This document shows positions 9,410-19,596 of a DNA stretch of 64,000 nt, piece by piece. Each line of letters begins with the position of its first letter. The first letter of the stretch is position 1. Made by a program: the position numbers and the translations under genes. The notes under the pieces are model-generated. The model saw only the letters and a list, made by a program, of their open reading frames with translations, did not search any database and was not told the DNA's origin. The stretch comes from Candidatus Poribacteria bacterium (GTDB taxonomy: Bacteria; Poribacteria; WGA-4E; PCPOR2b): the NCBI GenBank assembly GCA_965208325.1, contig OZ242326.1:2528001-2592000 (forward strand), written 5' to 3'.

Positions 9410-10567
9410 GTGAACGTTGGAAGAATCATATTAATCACGATTGCGTTGCCGATTATCGCACTGATTGTAGGACTTTCCGGCTGTGGGGAATCGCTCGACG
9501 ATTCGCCTCAGACCACAGGCATTGCTGGTGAAATTCGCATTGGCGTCGTCCTTGCCCTGACCGGGCAATTCGCTGACGAGCTTGGGAAACCGATGCAAAA
9601 CGGATTTGAACTTGCTCGCGCGGAGATTAACAGTTCAGGCCAACTCGGTGATGCAAAAATCAGGTTCATTACCGAGGACGATCAGAGCGTGAGCGCCGTT
9701 GAAGCATTTAACAAGTTGATACATGAAGACGGCGTATCCGTTATCACGGGGCTTGCTGTCTCAACCCAAGCCAAGGAAGCGTTTCCTATCACGCAAGAAA
9801 ACCGCGTCGTGGCGTTTAGTCCTGTTTCCACCGCCCCCGGCCTCAGCACGATTGGGGACTATATCTTCCGTGCCTCCCTCACCGTTGATGAGCTAAATTC
9901 CAATGGGGTCAAAATAACTCAGGAAATACTCGGCTATAAAAGAGCGGCAACCATTTATGATGAGACCGATCTCTTCTCTACGAATAGCAATGAAGCGTTC
10001 TTGGATGCGCTTGCGGAACACGGTGTTGAGGTACTTACGACGCAAACCATCCAAACCGGCAATACCGACTTTTCTGTACAATTAACTCTGATTAAGGAAA
10101 CAAATCCTGACGCAATTTTCTGCACAGCCCTACCAAAGGAGATACCCCTGATTCTCACGCAAGGCCGCGATCTCGGTATACCCAACTCGGTTCCTTTCAT
10201 TATACCTCAATTGTCCCAAGCGCTGGTACAAGGCGCGGGGCCTGCCGCGGAGGGTGCGATTTCCCTTATAGCGTGGTCTAGTATCAAACCGACACATGGC
10301 AATGGTGCCTTCGTCCAAAATTATCGGGCGGCATACGGCACGGAACCGAACGCATGGGCAGCACAATCGTATGCAGCGCTTTACATCCTCGCCGCAGCGA
10401 TCGCGGATGCCCAATCCACTGATTCAACTGCGATTCGAGACGCATTGGCAAAAACTATGAATTTCGACACTATTCTAGGCCAATTCTCTTTTGACGCCGT
10501 TGGCGATGCGGTTTACGACCCGCAAGTATTAATTTTCAAAAACGGGGAATTTAAAGCATTCGAGTAG
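9410..10567 (+). CDS. LivJ-like SBP lipoprotein, copy 3
   Basis: GTG start (VNVGR aligns with MNVxR of the paralogs); LSGC lipobox. Confidence 0.88.
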   Translation: MNVGRIILITIALPIIALIVGLSGCGESLDDSPQTTGIAGEIRIGVVLALTGQFADELGKPMQNGFELARAEINSSGQLGDAKIRFITEDDQSVSAVEAFNKLIHEDGVSVITGLAVSTQAKEAFPITQENRVVAFSPVSTAPGLSTIGDYIFRASLTVDELNSNGVKITQEILGYKRAATIYDETDLFSTNSNEAFLDALAEHGVEVLTTQTIQTGNTDFSVQLTLIKETNPDAIFCTALPKEIPLILTQGRDLGIPNSVPFIIPQLSQALVQGAGPAAEGAISLIAWSSIKPTHGNGAFVQNYRAAYGTEPNAWAAQSYAALYILAAAIADAQSTDSTAIRDALAKTMNFDTILGQFSFDAVGDAVYDPQVLIFKNGEFKAFE

Positions 10568-10767
10568 GCTCCGATCCAGGAAGAAACCTGGTAGTTGGTG
10601 TGTACAACCTGATTGCGGAATGGATGCAAATTAGATTGGCCGATCGAAAACTGTGAGATTTTTTCAAAACGACACGTGTTATCCAAAAAGAACATCGCTT
10701 TTATTGTGGGTGACTTTAAATTACAGCGTTATCAACTCAATCAGAAACCATAAAAAGGAGATTCAAC

Positions 10768-11949
10768 ATGAGTGCAAGTCCGATTAGATTATTAACATAT
10801 GTATTCGCCTTAGTTTTATTGATGATAGGACTATCCGCCTGTGACCAGCTAGGACAAATTCTAATTCCACCCGAACCGGAAGCGGAAGGGGTTCCCATTG
10901 GCGTGGTCTTGCCGCTCTCAGGTGACTATGCTGCCAATTTCGGTGAACCTATGTTAAACGGCTTTAAATTGGCGGCAAAAGAGTTAAATAATTCACGTGC
11001 AGCCGAAGAACAATTCAGGATTATCCCAAAAGATGATGGTGCTACTGTAGAAGGCGCGGTCACTGCCTTTAACGCACTTATTGAAGAGTATAACGTACCT
11101 GTCATTCTCGGTCCCGGTTTTTCATCACAGTTCGAAGAGACTTCCCTCGTCGCCAATGAACACGGTGTTGTAGGTTTTAGCTCCACCTCCTCAGCCTCTG
11201 GCATTAATGAAGCTGGTGATTTTAACTTCCGCGCCGGGCTAATCACTTTGCGGCTTAACCCTCCCGGGGTCATGATTACGCAGGAAGTGCTAAAGTATGA
11301 GCGGGCGGCAACCATATTTGATGGTGCCGATACCTATTCCACAATAGGGCATGATGATTTGACGGAAGCGCTCAATTCAAACAACGTCAAAATTGTTGCA
11401 ACAGAAGAAATCAACAGCAAAAGCGGGGAAATTGACTTTGCAGACGTATTAGGCCGGTTAATGGAATCTAATCCGCAAGCTATCTTTGCGTCAGTTTTAG
11501 CACGAGAGATGACTCCAATTCTGATTCAAAGCCGCGAACTGGGAATCACTCCTTCGGTGCATCTCATAATTCCTGAATTGTCTAATATTGAGGTGGACGC
11601 CTTGGTTGAGGCAGGTATGGCGGATTCCGCCGAGGGAGTTATCAGCTTTACGGGGTGGGGCAGTCATACGCCGACTCTTGGGAATCAAGAATTCGTACAG
11701 AATTACCGAGCGACTTACGACGCCAATCCCAATCCTTGGGCGGCGCAGTCGTATGCGACGCTCTACATTCTCAATGAGGCGATTACGAAGGCGAATGCGA
11801 CGGATGCAGTATCGATTCGTAACGCATTGGAAGGTATCAGCGATTTTGACACAATTATGGGGACCTTCTCTTTTGACGAGAACGGTGATGCCATTTATGA
11901 TCCCAAGATTCTGATTGTCAGGAACGGCCAATTGGAGGTCTTCGAGTAA
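10768..11949 (+). CDS. LivJ-like SBP lipoprotein, copy 4
   Basis: LSAC lipobox; paralog. Confidence 0.9.
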   Translation: MSASPIRLLTYVFALVLLMIGLSACDQLGQILIPPEPEAEGVPIGVVLPLSGDYAANFGEPMLNGFKLAAKELNNSRAAEEQFRIIPKDDGATVEGAVTAFNALIEEYNVPVILGPGFSSQFEETSLVANEHGVVGFSSTSSASGINEAGDFNFRAGLITLRLNPPGVMITQEVLKYERAATIFDGADTYSTIGHDDLTEALNSNNVKIVATEEINSKSGEIDFADVLGRLMESNPQAIFASVLAREMTPILIQSRELGITPSVHLIIPELSNIEVDALVEAGMADSAEGVISFTGWGSHTPTLGNQEFVQNYRATYDANPNPWAAQSYATLYILNEAITKANATDAVSIRNALEGISDFDTIMGTFSFDENGDAIYDPKILIVRNGQLEVFE

Positions 11950-12126
11950 ACCTCGACGACGGACGTGTGCGACTAGCGCTGGCCATTAGTAGGAGAAGGA
12001 TGGCGGGCGCCCCGATTTCAACACCCTATTCTGAATTTTAAAATCTCGATGAATCAGGATTGCGGGACGGGTTTCCTCGAACTGTCCCACGCCTGATTTT
12101 TTAATTTCAAAACAAGGAGGTGCAAC

Positions 12127-13299
12127 ATGAATGTCAGAAGAATAAAAATTTACGCCTATTTACTGTCAACTGTCTTCCTGATGGCGGGACTTTCCGCCTG
12201 CGACCAGCTTCAGCAACTTCTCACCCCTGCACCGCCTCAGATGGAAGAACTTGATGGTGAGATTCCCGTCGGCGTCGTCTTATCAATTACAGGGCGATTC
12301 GCCTCGACGTTTGGCAATCCAAATGAAAAAGGCCTTGAATTAGCGCTCGAAGAGGTTAACAATTCAAAACTCGGAGATAGGAGTATCAAGCTGATTATAG
12401 AGGACGACCAGAGCACTGTAGAAGGCGCCGTTGAAGCATACAATAAGCTGATTGAGCAGGATGGCGTGCCGGTTATCCTCGGACCTGCCACGTCAAGTCA
12501 GGCCAAAGCGGCGTTTCCGATAGCGCAAGAAAACCAGGTCGTAGCTTTTAGCCCCAGCTCCGCCGCGCGGGGTCTGAGCGCGATTGGCGATTTTATCTTT
12601 CGTGCCGCGCTTACCACAGAGGTGCTGATACCGAGCGGCATTGCGGCGACTTCGGCAACACTCGGCTATAAAACAGCGGCAACGTTTTACGATGAAAGCG
12701 ATGTATTCTCCACAGATAGCGATGAGGCGGTGAGGGAAGCACTTGCCGCGAACAGCGTCGAAGTGTTGCTCACAGAGACCTTTCGTGGCGGCGACACCGA
12801 CTTTAGCGAACAATTATCTCGGATAAGGGACGCGAATCCCGACATTATCTTTATCTCCTCGTTATCGCCGGAAAAACCGGGTATCCTGATGCAAGGCCGC
12901 CAACTCGGAATACCCGACTCAGTTCCGTTTGTTGTACGCACCTTGACCACGGCAGACGTTAGCGCGGCGGGTGATGCTGCAGAAGGGGCGATCACCTTTG
13001 TAGGTTGGGCAAGCACGGCAGACACGCCGGGAAATAGTGCCTTCGTCCAGAACTATAGCGCCAAATACGGGGAGGAGCCGAGCAACTACACGGCCCGTTG
13101 GTATGCCGGTCTGCACATTTTGGCGGAAGCCATTGCCAACGCCCAATCCACTGACTCAACCGCAATTAGAGACGGATTGGCAAATATAACAGATTTCGAC
13201 ACTGTTTTCGGTAAATTCTCTTTTGACGCGGTCGGAGATGCCATTTACGACCCGAAGATATTGATTGTGATGAACGGTCAATTGGTAATCTTCGAGTAA
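12127..13299 (+). CDS. LivJ-like SBP lipoprotein, copy 5
   Basis: LSAC lipobox; paralog. Confidence 0.9.
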   Translation: MNVRRIKIYAYLLSTVFLMAGLSACDQLQQLLTPAPPQMEELDGEIPVGVVLSITGRFASTFGNPNEKGLELALEEVNNSKLGDRSIKLIIEDDQSTVEGAVEAYNKLIEQDGVPVILGPATSSQAKAAFPIAQENQVVAFSPSSAARGLSAIGDFIFRAALTTEVLIPSGIAATSATLGYKTAATFYDESDVFSTDSDEAVREALAANSVEVLLTETFRGGDTDFSEQLSRIRDANPDIIFISSLSPEKPGILMQGRQLGIPDSVPFVVRTLTTADVSAAGDAAEGAITFVGWASTADTPGNSAFVQNYSAKYGEEPSNYTARWYAGLHILAEAIANAQSTDSTAIRDGLANITDFDTVFGKFSFDAVGDAIYDPKILIVMNGQLVIFE

Positions 13300-13371
13300 A
13301 CCTCCAAAACGTAGGAGGAGTAGAGTATATAGAATAATTGGGGTTACAGGAAAAAAGTAAGGAGGATTACA

Positions 13372-14511
13372 TTGAATTTTAGTAGTAGTATCAGATTCCT
13401 GTTTGTCTTGACGATTGTGGGGTTGATGATTTGGTTTTCTGGATGTGATAGTGATATGTCTCAAACGGATGGGCTCAGTGGAGAGATTAACATTGGTCTC
13501 GTCTACCCAGTCACCGGACGGCTGGACACCTTTGCCCTACCGATACAACGCGGCTTTGAGTTGGCTCTTGAGGAAGTAAACAACTCACAACTCGACGATG
13601 TAACGTTTAAGTTCATCGTTGAAGACGACCGAAGCACCGTTGAGGGTGCCGTCGAAGCGTATAATAAACTGATTGGTGCGGATGTCCCTGTTATTTTTGG
13701 GCCCACCACTTCAGGTCAAGCCGAAGCAGCATTTCCAATCGCGCAACAGAATGGGGTTGTGGCTTTTAGTTCATCCTCAAATGCAACAGGCCTTAGCGCG
13801 CTAGGGGATTTTCTGTTCCGCGCCGGACTCACTACAGATATTCTGCTCCCCAGCGGCGTTAAGGCAACGCATGCAAAACTTGGTTATCAGGGGGCAGCAA
13901 TTATATATGATGATATTGATTCCTACTCTATAGATAGCTACGAAAAGTTCAGAGACACGCTTACGGAGATTGGCGTTAAGATTTTGATTACAGAAACTTT
14001 CCAAAGCGGCGACACCGATTTTTCCGCCCAATTGGCTCGGATAAAGGAAGCAAATCCTGAAGCCATCTTTATCGCAGCGCAACAACCGGAGTTAATCGAA
14101 ATTCAGGTTCAAGGACGCCAGCTTGAGATTTCCACCGAAATTCCCTATATTACTAGTCTCATCAGCGATATCAAAAACGCAGGCGAGGCCGCCAAGGGAT
14201 CCATCTCTTTTGCGGGTTGGATTAGCACGGCGGATACACCGGGGAATGCTGCCTTCGTCGAGAATTACCGCGCGGCGTACGGGAGTGAGCCAAACGCTTG
14301 GACCGCGCAGTCGCATGCCGCTGTTCATATTGTTGCGGCGGCGATTGTGGAAGCCCAATCCACCGATCCAACTGCAATCCGGGATGCACTCGCGAACACA
14401 AAAAATTTCGACACGGTTCTAGGGGCATTCTCTTTTAATGATGTTGGGGACGCCGTTTACGACCCAATCGTACAAATTGTCGAAAACGGTGAATTCAAAA
14501 TTTTTGAATAA
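13372..14511 (+). CDS. LivJ-like SBP lipoprotein, copy 6
   Basis: TTG start after AGGAGG; FSGC lipobox. Confidence 0.9.
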   Translation: MNFSSSIRFLFVLTIVGLMIWFSGCDSDMSQTDGLSGEINIGLVYPVTGRLDTFALPIQRGFELALEEVNNSQLDDVTFKFIVEDDRSTVEGAVEAYNKLIGADVPVIFGPTTSGQAEAAFPIAQQNGVVAFSSSSNATGLSALGDFLFRAGLTTDILLPSGVKATHAKLGYQGAAIIYDDIDSYSIDSYEKFRDTLTEIGVKILITETFQSGDTDFSAQLARIKEANPEAIFIAAQQPELIEIQVQGRQLEISTEIPYITSLISDIKNAGEAAKGSISFAGWISTADTPGNAAFVENYRAAYGSEPNAWTAQSHAAVHIVAAAIVEAQSTDPTAIRDALANTKNFDTVLGAFSFNDVGDAVYDPIVQIVENGEFKIFE

Positions 14512-14533
14512 TCTCCTCGACAATCCAAATGAC

Positions 14534-14590
14534 AAAAACCGAGTTTTTGCTGTGGATCGACATTCGTGTCCGTGGAAAAACTCGGTTTTT
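14534..14590. repeat. AAACCGAGTTTTT inverted-repeat element
   Basis: AAAAACCGAGTTTTTG ... GAAAAACTCGGTTTTT. Confidence 0.8.
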
Positions 14591-14616
14591 CTAAGGATGA
14601 AAAGGAATCACAGTAT

Positions 14617-15786
14617 ATGGGTAGCAGAGACGATTTCGGATTTGCGTTAGTCTTGGTGATTGCGGCGCTGACTGCGATTTTTTCCGCTTGTGATCAGATT
14701 CAGCAATTTTTGCTCCCCGGAACAATTCAGATGGACGGACTCGGTGAGGAAATCTCCATCGGTCTTGTCTACCCTATCACCGGGCGGCTTGCGTCCGTTG
14801 GCATGGAAATGGAAAGCGGCTTTGAGCTAGCCCGCGAGGAGATTAATAATTCACTTCTTGGCGATACAAAACTCAGGTATATCACCGAGGACAGCCGAGG
14901 CGATCCGGAGGGCGCTGCCGAAGCCTTCAATAAACTGATTCAGCAAGATGGTGTGTCCGTTATCTTAGGTCCGGGCTCTTCAAGTGCGGCTGAAGCGGCG
15001 TTTCCGATTGCACAACAGTACCGGGTTTTAGCGATAAGCGCCACCGCCGCTGCCCGCGGTCTGAGCGAGATCGGTGATTTTGCCTTTCGCACCATTCTCA
15101 CCACAGACGTATTGATTACCAGCGGCATTGCGGCGACACAAGCAAAACTCGGCTACCAGAAGGCAGCGATCGTATATGATGAAACGGACCTCTTCTCAGC
15201 GGATGGCGCCGAGGTGATGCGGGACACTCTCACTAGAAATGGCGTCGAGATTCTGACCACAGAAACCTTCCAAAGCGGGGATTCCGATTTTTCCGCACAA
15301 TTGAGGCGCATCAAGAACTTTAATCCCGATGTCATTTTTGTGTCCGCGTTGCCGCCGGATAAACCTGAGATTCTGATTCAGGCTGACAAAATCGGCATAC
15401 CCGATTCGGTGACGTTTATCATTAACACGCTGACTATAGCCGATGTGCTAGCTGCGGGTCATTCTGCAGACGGTGCGATAGCTTTTACGAGCTGGGCCGA
15501 TACGGCAGACACTCCGGGAAATGGTGTTTACGTTCAGAAATACAGTGCGAAATACGGCTCCGCACCCAGTATTTGGGCGGCACAGGCGTACGCCACCATT
15601 CACATCTTGGCAAACGCAACCTCAGAAATCCCATCCACCGATTCAACCGCGATTCGTGACGCACTAGCGAATACCACAGATTTAGACACAATTTTAGGTA
15701 AATTTTCTTTTGACGCGGTCGGCGATGCTGTCTATGATCCCGTGGTACTGATTGTCGAAAACGGCGAATTGCGCGTCTTTGAATAA
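14617..15786 (+). CDS. LivJ-like SBP lipoprotein, copy 7
   Basis: Start at MGSRDDF (the upstream extension is repeat-derived); FSAC lipobox. Confidence 0.88.
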   Translation: MGSRDDFGFALVLVIAALTAIFSACDQIQQFLLPGTIQMDGLGEEISIGLVYPITGRLASVGMEMESGFELAREEINNSLLGDTKLRYITEDSRGDPEGAAEAFNKLIQQDGVSVILGPGSSSAAEAAFPIAQQYRVLAISATAAARGLSEIGDFAFRTILTTDVLITSGIAATQAKLGYQKAAIVYDETDLFSADGAEVMRDTLTRNGVEILTTETFQSGDSDFSAQLRRIKNFNPDVIFVSALPPDKPEILIQADKIGIPDSVTFIINTLTIADVLAAGHSADGAIAFTSWADTADTPGNGVYVQKYSAKYGSAPSIWAAQAYATIHILANATSEIPSTDSTAIRDALANTTDLDTILGKFSFDAVGDAVYDPVVLIVENGELRVFE

Positions 15787-15881
15787 GTCTCCAAATGTCA
15801 GAAGGATTCGTAGGAACACCCTCTGCCGGTGTTCGACTAGAGGAATAACACGCTCTTTTATAAAAAACAAGGAGGTACAAG

Positions 15882-17054
15882 ATGAAAACCCGAAAATTCG
15901 CCGCATCTGCGTTAATCTTGGTGATTGCTGCACTGATTGCGGGGTTATCTGCCTGTGACCAGATTCAGCAACTTATCCTCCCCGAGACGCCTCAGATGGA
16001 AGAATTTAGCGGAGAGATTTCTATTGGCGCCGTTCATCCTATCACTGGACGACTTGGCTTAGAGAATCCGCCGCTGGGACAGGGATTTGAACTGGCTGTC
16101 ACTGAGATTAATAACTTGCAGCGCAACAACATGAAAATCAAACTTATCGTCGAGGATGACCAGAGCACCGTTGAGGGCGCTGTCGAAGCATTCAATAAAT
16201 TGATTCATCAGGATGGCATTTCTGCCATCCTCGGCCCCGCCACCTCAATGCAGGCGCAAACAGTGTTTCCAATCGCGCAAAAGAATGGAATTGTAGCGAT
16301 AAGCCCCACCTCTGCCGCCCGCGGCCTCAGCGCGATCGGCGACTCCATCTTTCGCATCGCGCTCACCACGGATGTATTGATTCCAAGCGGTGTCAGAATA
16401 ACGCAGGAAAAACTCGGCTACAAAAAAGTAGCAACCATATATGATGAAAGTGATCTCTTCTCCACGGATAGCGAAGCTGTTGTGAAGGAAGCCCTCGCCG
16501 CGAACGGTGTCGAGGTTCTGACTACAGAGACTTTCCAGACCGGCGAGACTGACTTTTCCGCACAATTGACTCGCATCAAGGATTTAAATCCCGATGCCAT
16601 CTTTATCTCGGCGACGGTGATAGAGACCCCAGAGATCCTGATTCAAGGACGCCAACTTGGGATTCCCGCCGATGTTCCGTTCCTTATTATGTTTACGCTT
16701 TCCTCAGGCCAAATTCAACCTGCGGGCGATGCCGCCGAAGGAGCGATCGCGTTTACCACTTGGATCAGCACCGCTGATACACCGGGAAATCGAGATTTCG
16801 TTCAGAATTACCAATCAGCATACGGTATCGAACCGGACGTCTGGGCGGCGCAGGCATATGCCACTGTTTATATCCTCGCTGAAGCAATTGCCGATGCCCA
16901 ATCGGCTGATCCCAACGCAATCCGGGATGCGCTGGCAAACATCTCAGATTTCGACACCATTCTGGGTAAGTTTTCTTTTAACGCGGTTGGCGACGCCGTC
17001 TACGACCCGATTGTATTGATTGTCAAAGATGGCGAATTCGAAGTCTTCGAGTAA
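15882..17054 (+). CDS. LivJ-like SBP lipoprotein, copy 8
   Basis: LSAC lipobox; AGGAGG RBS. Confidence 0.9.
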   Translation: MKTRKFAASALILVIAALIAGLSACDQIQQLILPETPQMEEFSGEISIGAVHPITGRLGLENPPLGQGFELAVTEINNLQRNNMKIKLIVEDDQSTVEGAVEAFNKLIHQDGISAILGPATSMQAQTVFPIAQKNGIVAISPTSAARGLSAIGDSIFRIALTTDVLIPSGVRITQEKLGYKKVATIYDESDLFSTDSEAVVKEALAANGVEVLTTETFQTGETDFSAQLTRIKDLNPDAIFISATVIETPEILIQGRQLGIPADVPFLIMFTLSSGQIQPAGDAAEGAIAFTTWISTADTPGNRDFVQNYQSAYGIEPDVWAAQAYATVYILAEAIADAQSADPNAIRDALANISDFDTILGKFSFNAVGDAVYDPIVLIVKDGEFEVFE

Positions 17055-17085
17055 GCACCCTTTCCGTTATTAAACTTCAAGTGTC

Positions 17086-17228
17086 TGTAGGTTGGGTTAG
17101 CTGGGACTACCCAAACTGTTCACACGAAAATTACCGTTCAGAATGCCGAACCAGGCAATTCGCACAACACGCACATCGCATACAAAATAACCCGCGCATT
17201 TCGTAATCTCCGCTCAACCCAACCTACA
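17086..17228. repeat. GTAG-type REP/REPIN-like element
   Basis: TGTAGGTTGGGTT ... AACCCAACCTACA terminal inverted repeats. Confidence 0.8.
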
Positions 17229-17295
17229 AAAACTCTGCGATGGGAACATTTATAGGGACAGACTTTATCCCGTCCTAATTCACTGGAAGGAAGAG

Positions 17296-19547
17296 TTGAC
17301 GATGATTGAATACACCTTACGAGGTTTCCAACTTCCACCGGCTTTGACACAAGAGATTTTGCGCCGAATCCCCGACATCCCGGCGGCTACTGCACCAACG
17401 AGCAAACCACTTGTGCCGTGGATAACCGCAACCGCGCTGGCGGCGGTCATGTTACTCGTCGGTTTGGGAGTTACAACTACGAGATTCCAGTTGCCCTACA
17501 GCCTAATTGCACCCGAATCGGCGACGATGGTTGAAATCGTTGATGCGCCGATAATTGAAATACCGGTTGCAAAGTTCTCAAACGTCAATCGGACAGGGGG
17601 GCGAATGCAGGAATGGCGGGTAATGGAAACCGGGAAAATGATTCGGTTTGGGCGGCTGCGGCGGACTCACGAATCGATACGGAATCAGACAGAAGCGGCT
17701 GGACACAGACAAACGGGCCTTACGGTGGGGACGTTTCTGCCCTTCACGCCACACCCGAGGGAATGCTTTTTGCCGGGACATCCGAAGCGGGAATTTTTCG
17801 ATCGACCGATGGCGGCGAGACGTGGGTGTCTTCCAGCAAAGGCTTGCAAATCTATAAAAACAACTCGATTCCCGGCATCCTCGTATTGGCAAAAAAGGGA
17901 AATACCCTCTACGCCGGCACTGAAGGCGACCTCTTCTGTTCGACCAACGGCGGCGACTCGTGGCGACAACTGACACGGCTGAAGGATGGAGGGGTTAGGG
18001 CGGTGGCGTTGATGAGCGATGCACTTTACATCGGAAGACGCGAAAAGGGCGTCTTTCGCTCAGAAGATGACGGTGAATCGTGGACGCCAATCAACGACGG
18101 ATTGAACCACCTTGACGTACAACGATTAATGGTGAGTGGAGGGGCGCTTTTCGCAAAAACTCCCGACGGTATATTCCGCCTCAAAGCCGGCGCGAACTCA
18201 TGGACACAACTCGTCATCGCGGATGCGTGGAAACTAAATAACGCGGCGTCAGAAATTACAGGGTTTACTGTCTCTGGTGAAATTATTTACGCCGCGACAG
18301 CCGATGGCGATCTATTGCGCTCAAGGGATATGGGTGATTGGTGGAGGTCAATTAAACCCAAAAAATCGATTCGGTATTATGACGGCGAATTGGCGGCGGT
18401 GGGAAACACGATCTTCCATATCGGCTCAGGCTCTGCCGATGGCCGGGTGTATCGCTCGAACGATGCCGGAAGCTCATGGACGATGTTCAACACCAGTTTG
18501 ATTAATCAAACCATCCAATCCATAACGGCGTTATCGGAGAAGACGCTTTACGTGCGCACATTCGATGGTGTATTTCGATCGACGGATGGCGGAGAATCGT
18601 GGATGAAAATCAACACCGGTATCATCAATACATATATTGATAACCTGGTATTTTTCAGAAATGCTCTCTACACTATAATAACAGGAGATGGAATAGTCAA
18701 ATCAGTGGATGGTGGGAATTCGTGGGCGCCGGCGAATGATGGATTGATTGCCAGCTATGGGGGGACGCTGACAGTTTCGGACGGAAAACTCTACGCGGCA
18801 ACGGCTGAAACCAACTTTAGGTGGAACCCATCAACTTCCGGAATTTATCGCTTGGCAGACGACGGGAACTCGTGGCTGCCGATTCAGACGAACATGCAGT
18901 CGGCTAAGGAGAAGATGTATAAGGTTGATCAGTTGGCTAGCGCCGCAAAGACATTCTACGCCATCGCGCAAATGGGGCAGGGACAGCGACTTCTTCGGTG
19001 GCGAGCGGGGGAAACCCTGTGGACGGTTCTTGGGTTAAGGGATCTGCAATGGGGAACCTTGGCTGTATCGGACAGCACCGTCTACGTCGGCGCAGGGAAC
19101 GGGACACTTTTTCGATCGGTTGACGAAGGTGATACGTGGACAGATGTGAGTCAGCGCCTACCGAATTGGGAGTTGCAATCGAAACGGCGTTCCCAAGGTT
19201 TCCCAGAAGGCGGCTACGATCTGACTTTCGTCGGCGGGACGATTTATGCTGAAACTGATGATGGCAATTTTCACTCAAGGAATGGCGGCGAGACATGGAT
19301 GCCAATCGTCGACGGACCAGCCGACAGCGATGTCGACATACAACTTGTCGATGGCACAACACTTTACGGAACAAGCCCTCTTGGGGTCTTCCGCCTAACG
19401 CAAGGTTCTGGTACATGGGAGAAAATTGCATCAATGATACAACCGTATGTACCTTCAAGGTATGTCTATTCTCTGGCATATGATGGAACGACGTTCTACG
19501 TTGGCACGCCGGCAGAGGGGGTATTCCGGCTTTCGCTGGATAAGTAA
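17296..19547 (+). pseudogene. truncated, frameshifted TM + BNR/Asp-box (sortilin-like) propeller protein; likely remnant of an ECF-sigma fusion
   Basis: ORF 17296 encodes a linker and TM (LPPALTQEILRRI...WITATALAAVMLLVGLG) similar to the linker and TM of the sigma fusion on the opposite strand. ORF 17613-19547 has many SxDGGxxW Asp-boxes. One extra G in the G6 run at 17596-17601 joins them in frame. Confidence 0.75.
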
Positions 19548-19596
19548 ACTGTGCCCTACATCTCTATCCGTTCAAAATTGGCGAAGTTGATGTGAG

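Noticed and set aside
6390..17054. Diversity-generating retroelement or shufflon acting on the SBP array (remnant as template repeat)
   Set aside because: Differences are not adenine-specific, and there is no reverse transcriptase, recombinase or inverted cassette in the window.
17620..17973. C-terminal part of the 225-aa ORF as a real protein
   Set aside because: It is out-of-frame read-through over the propeller gene after the G6 run.
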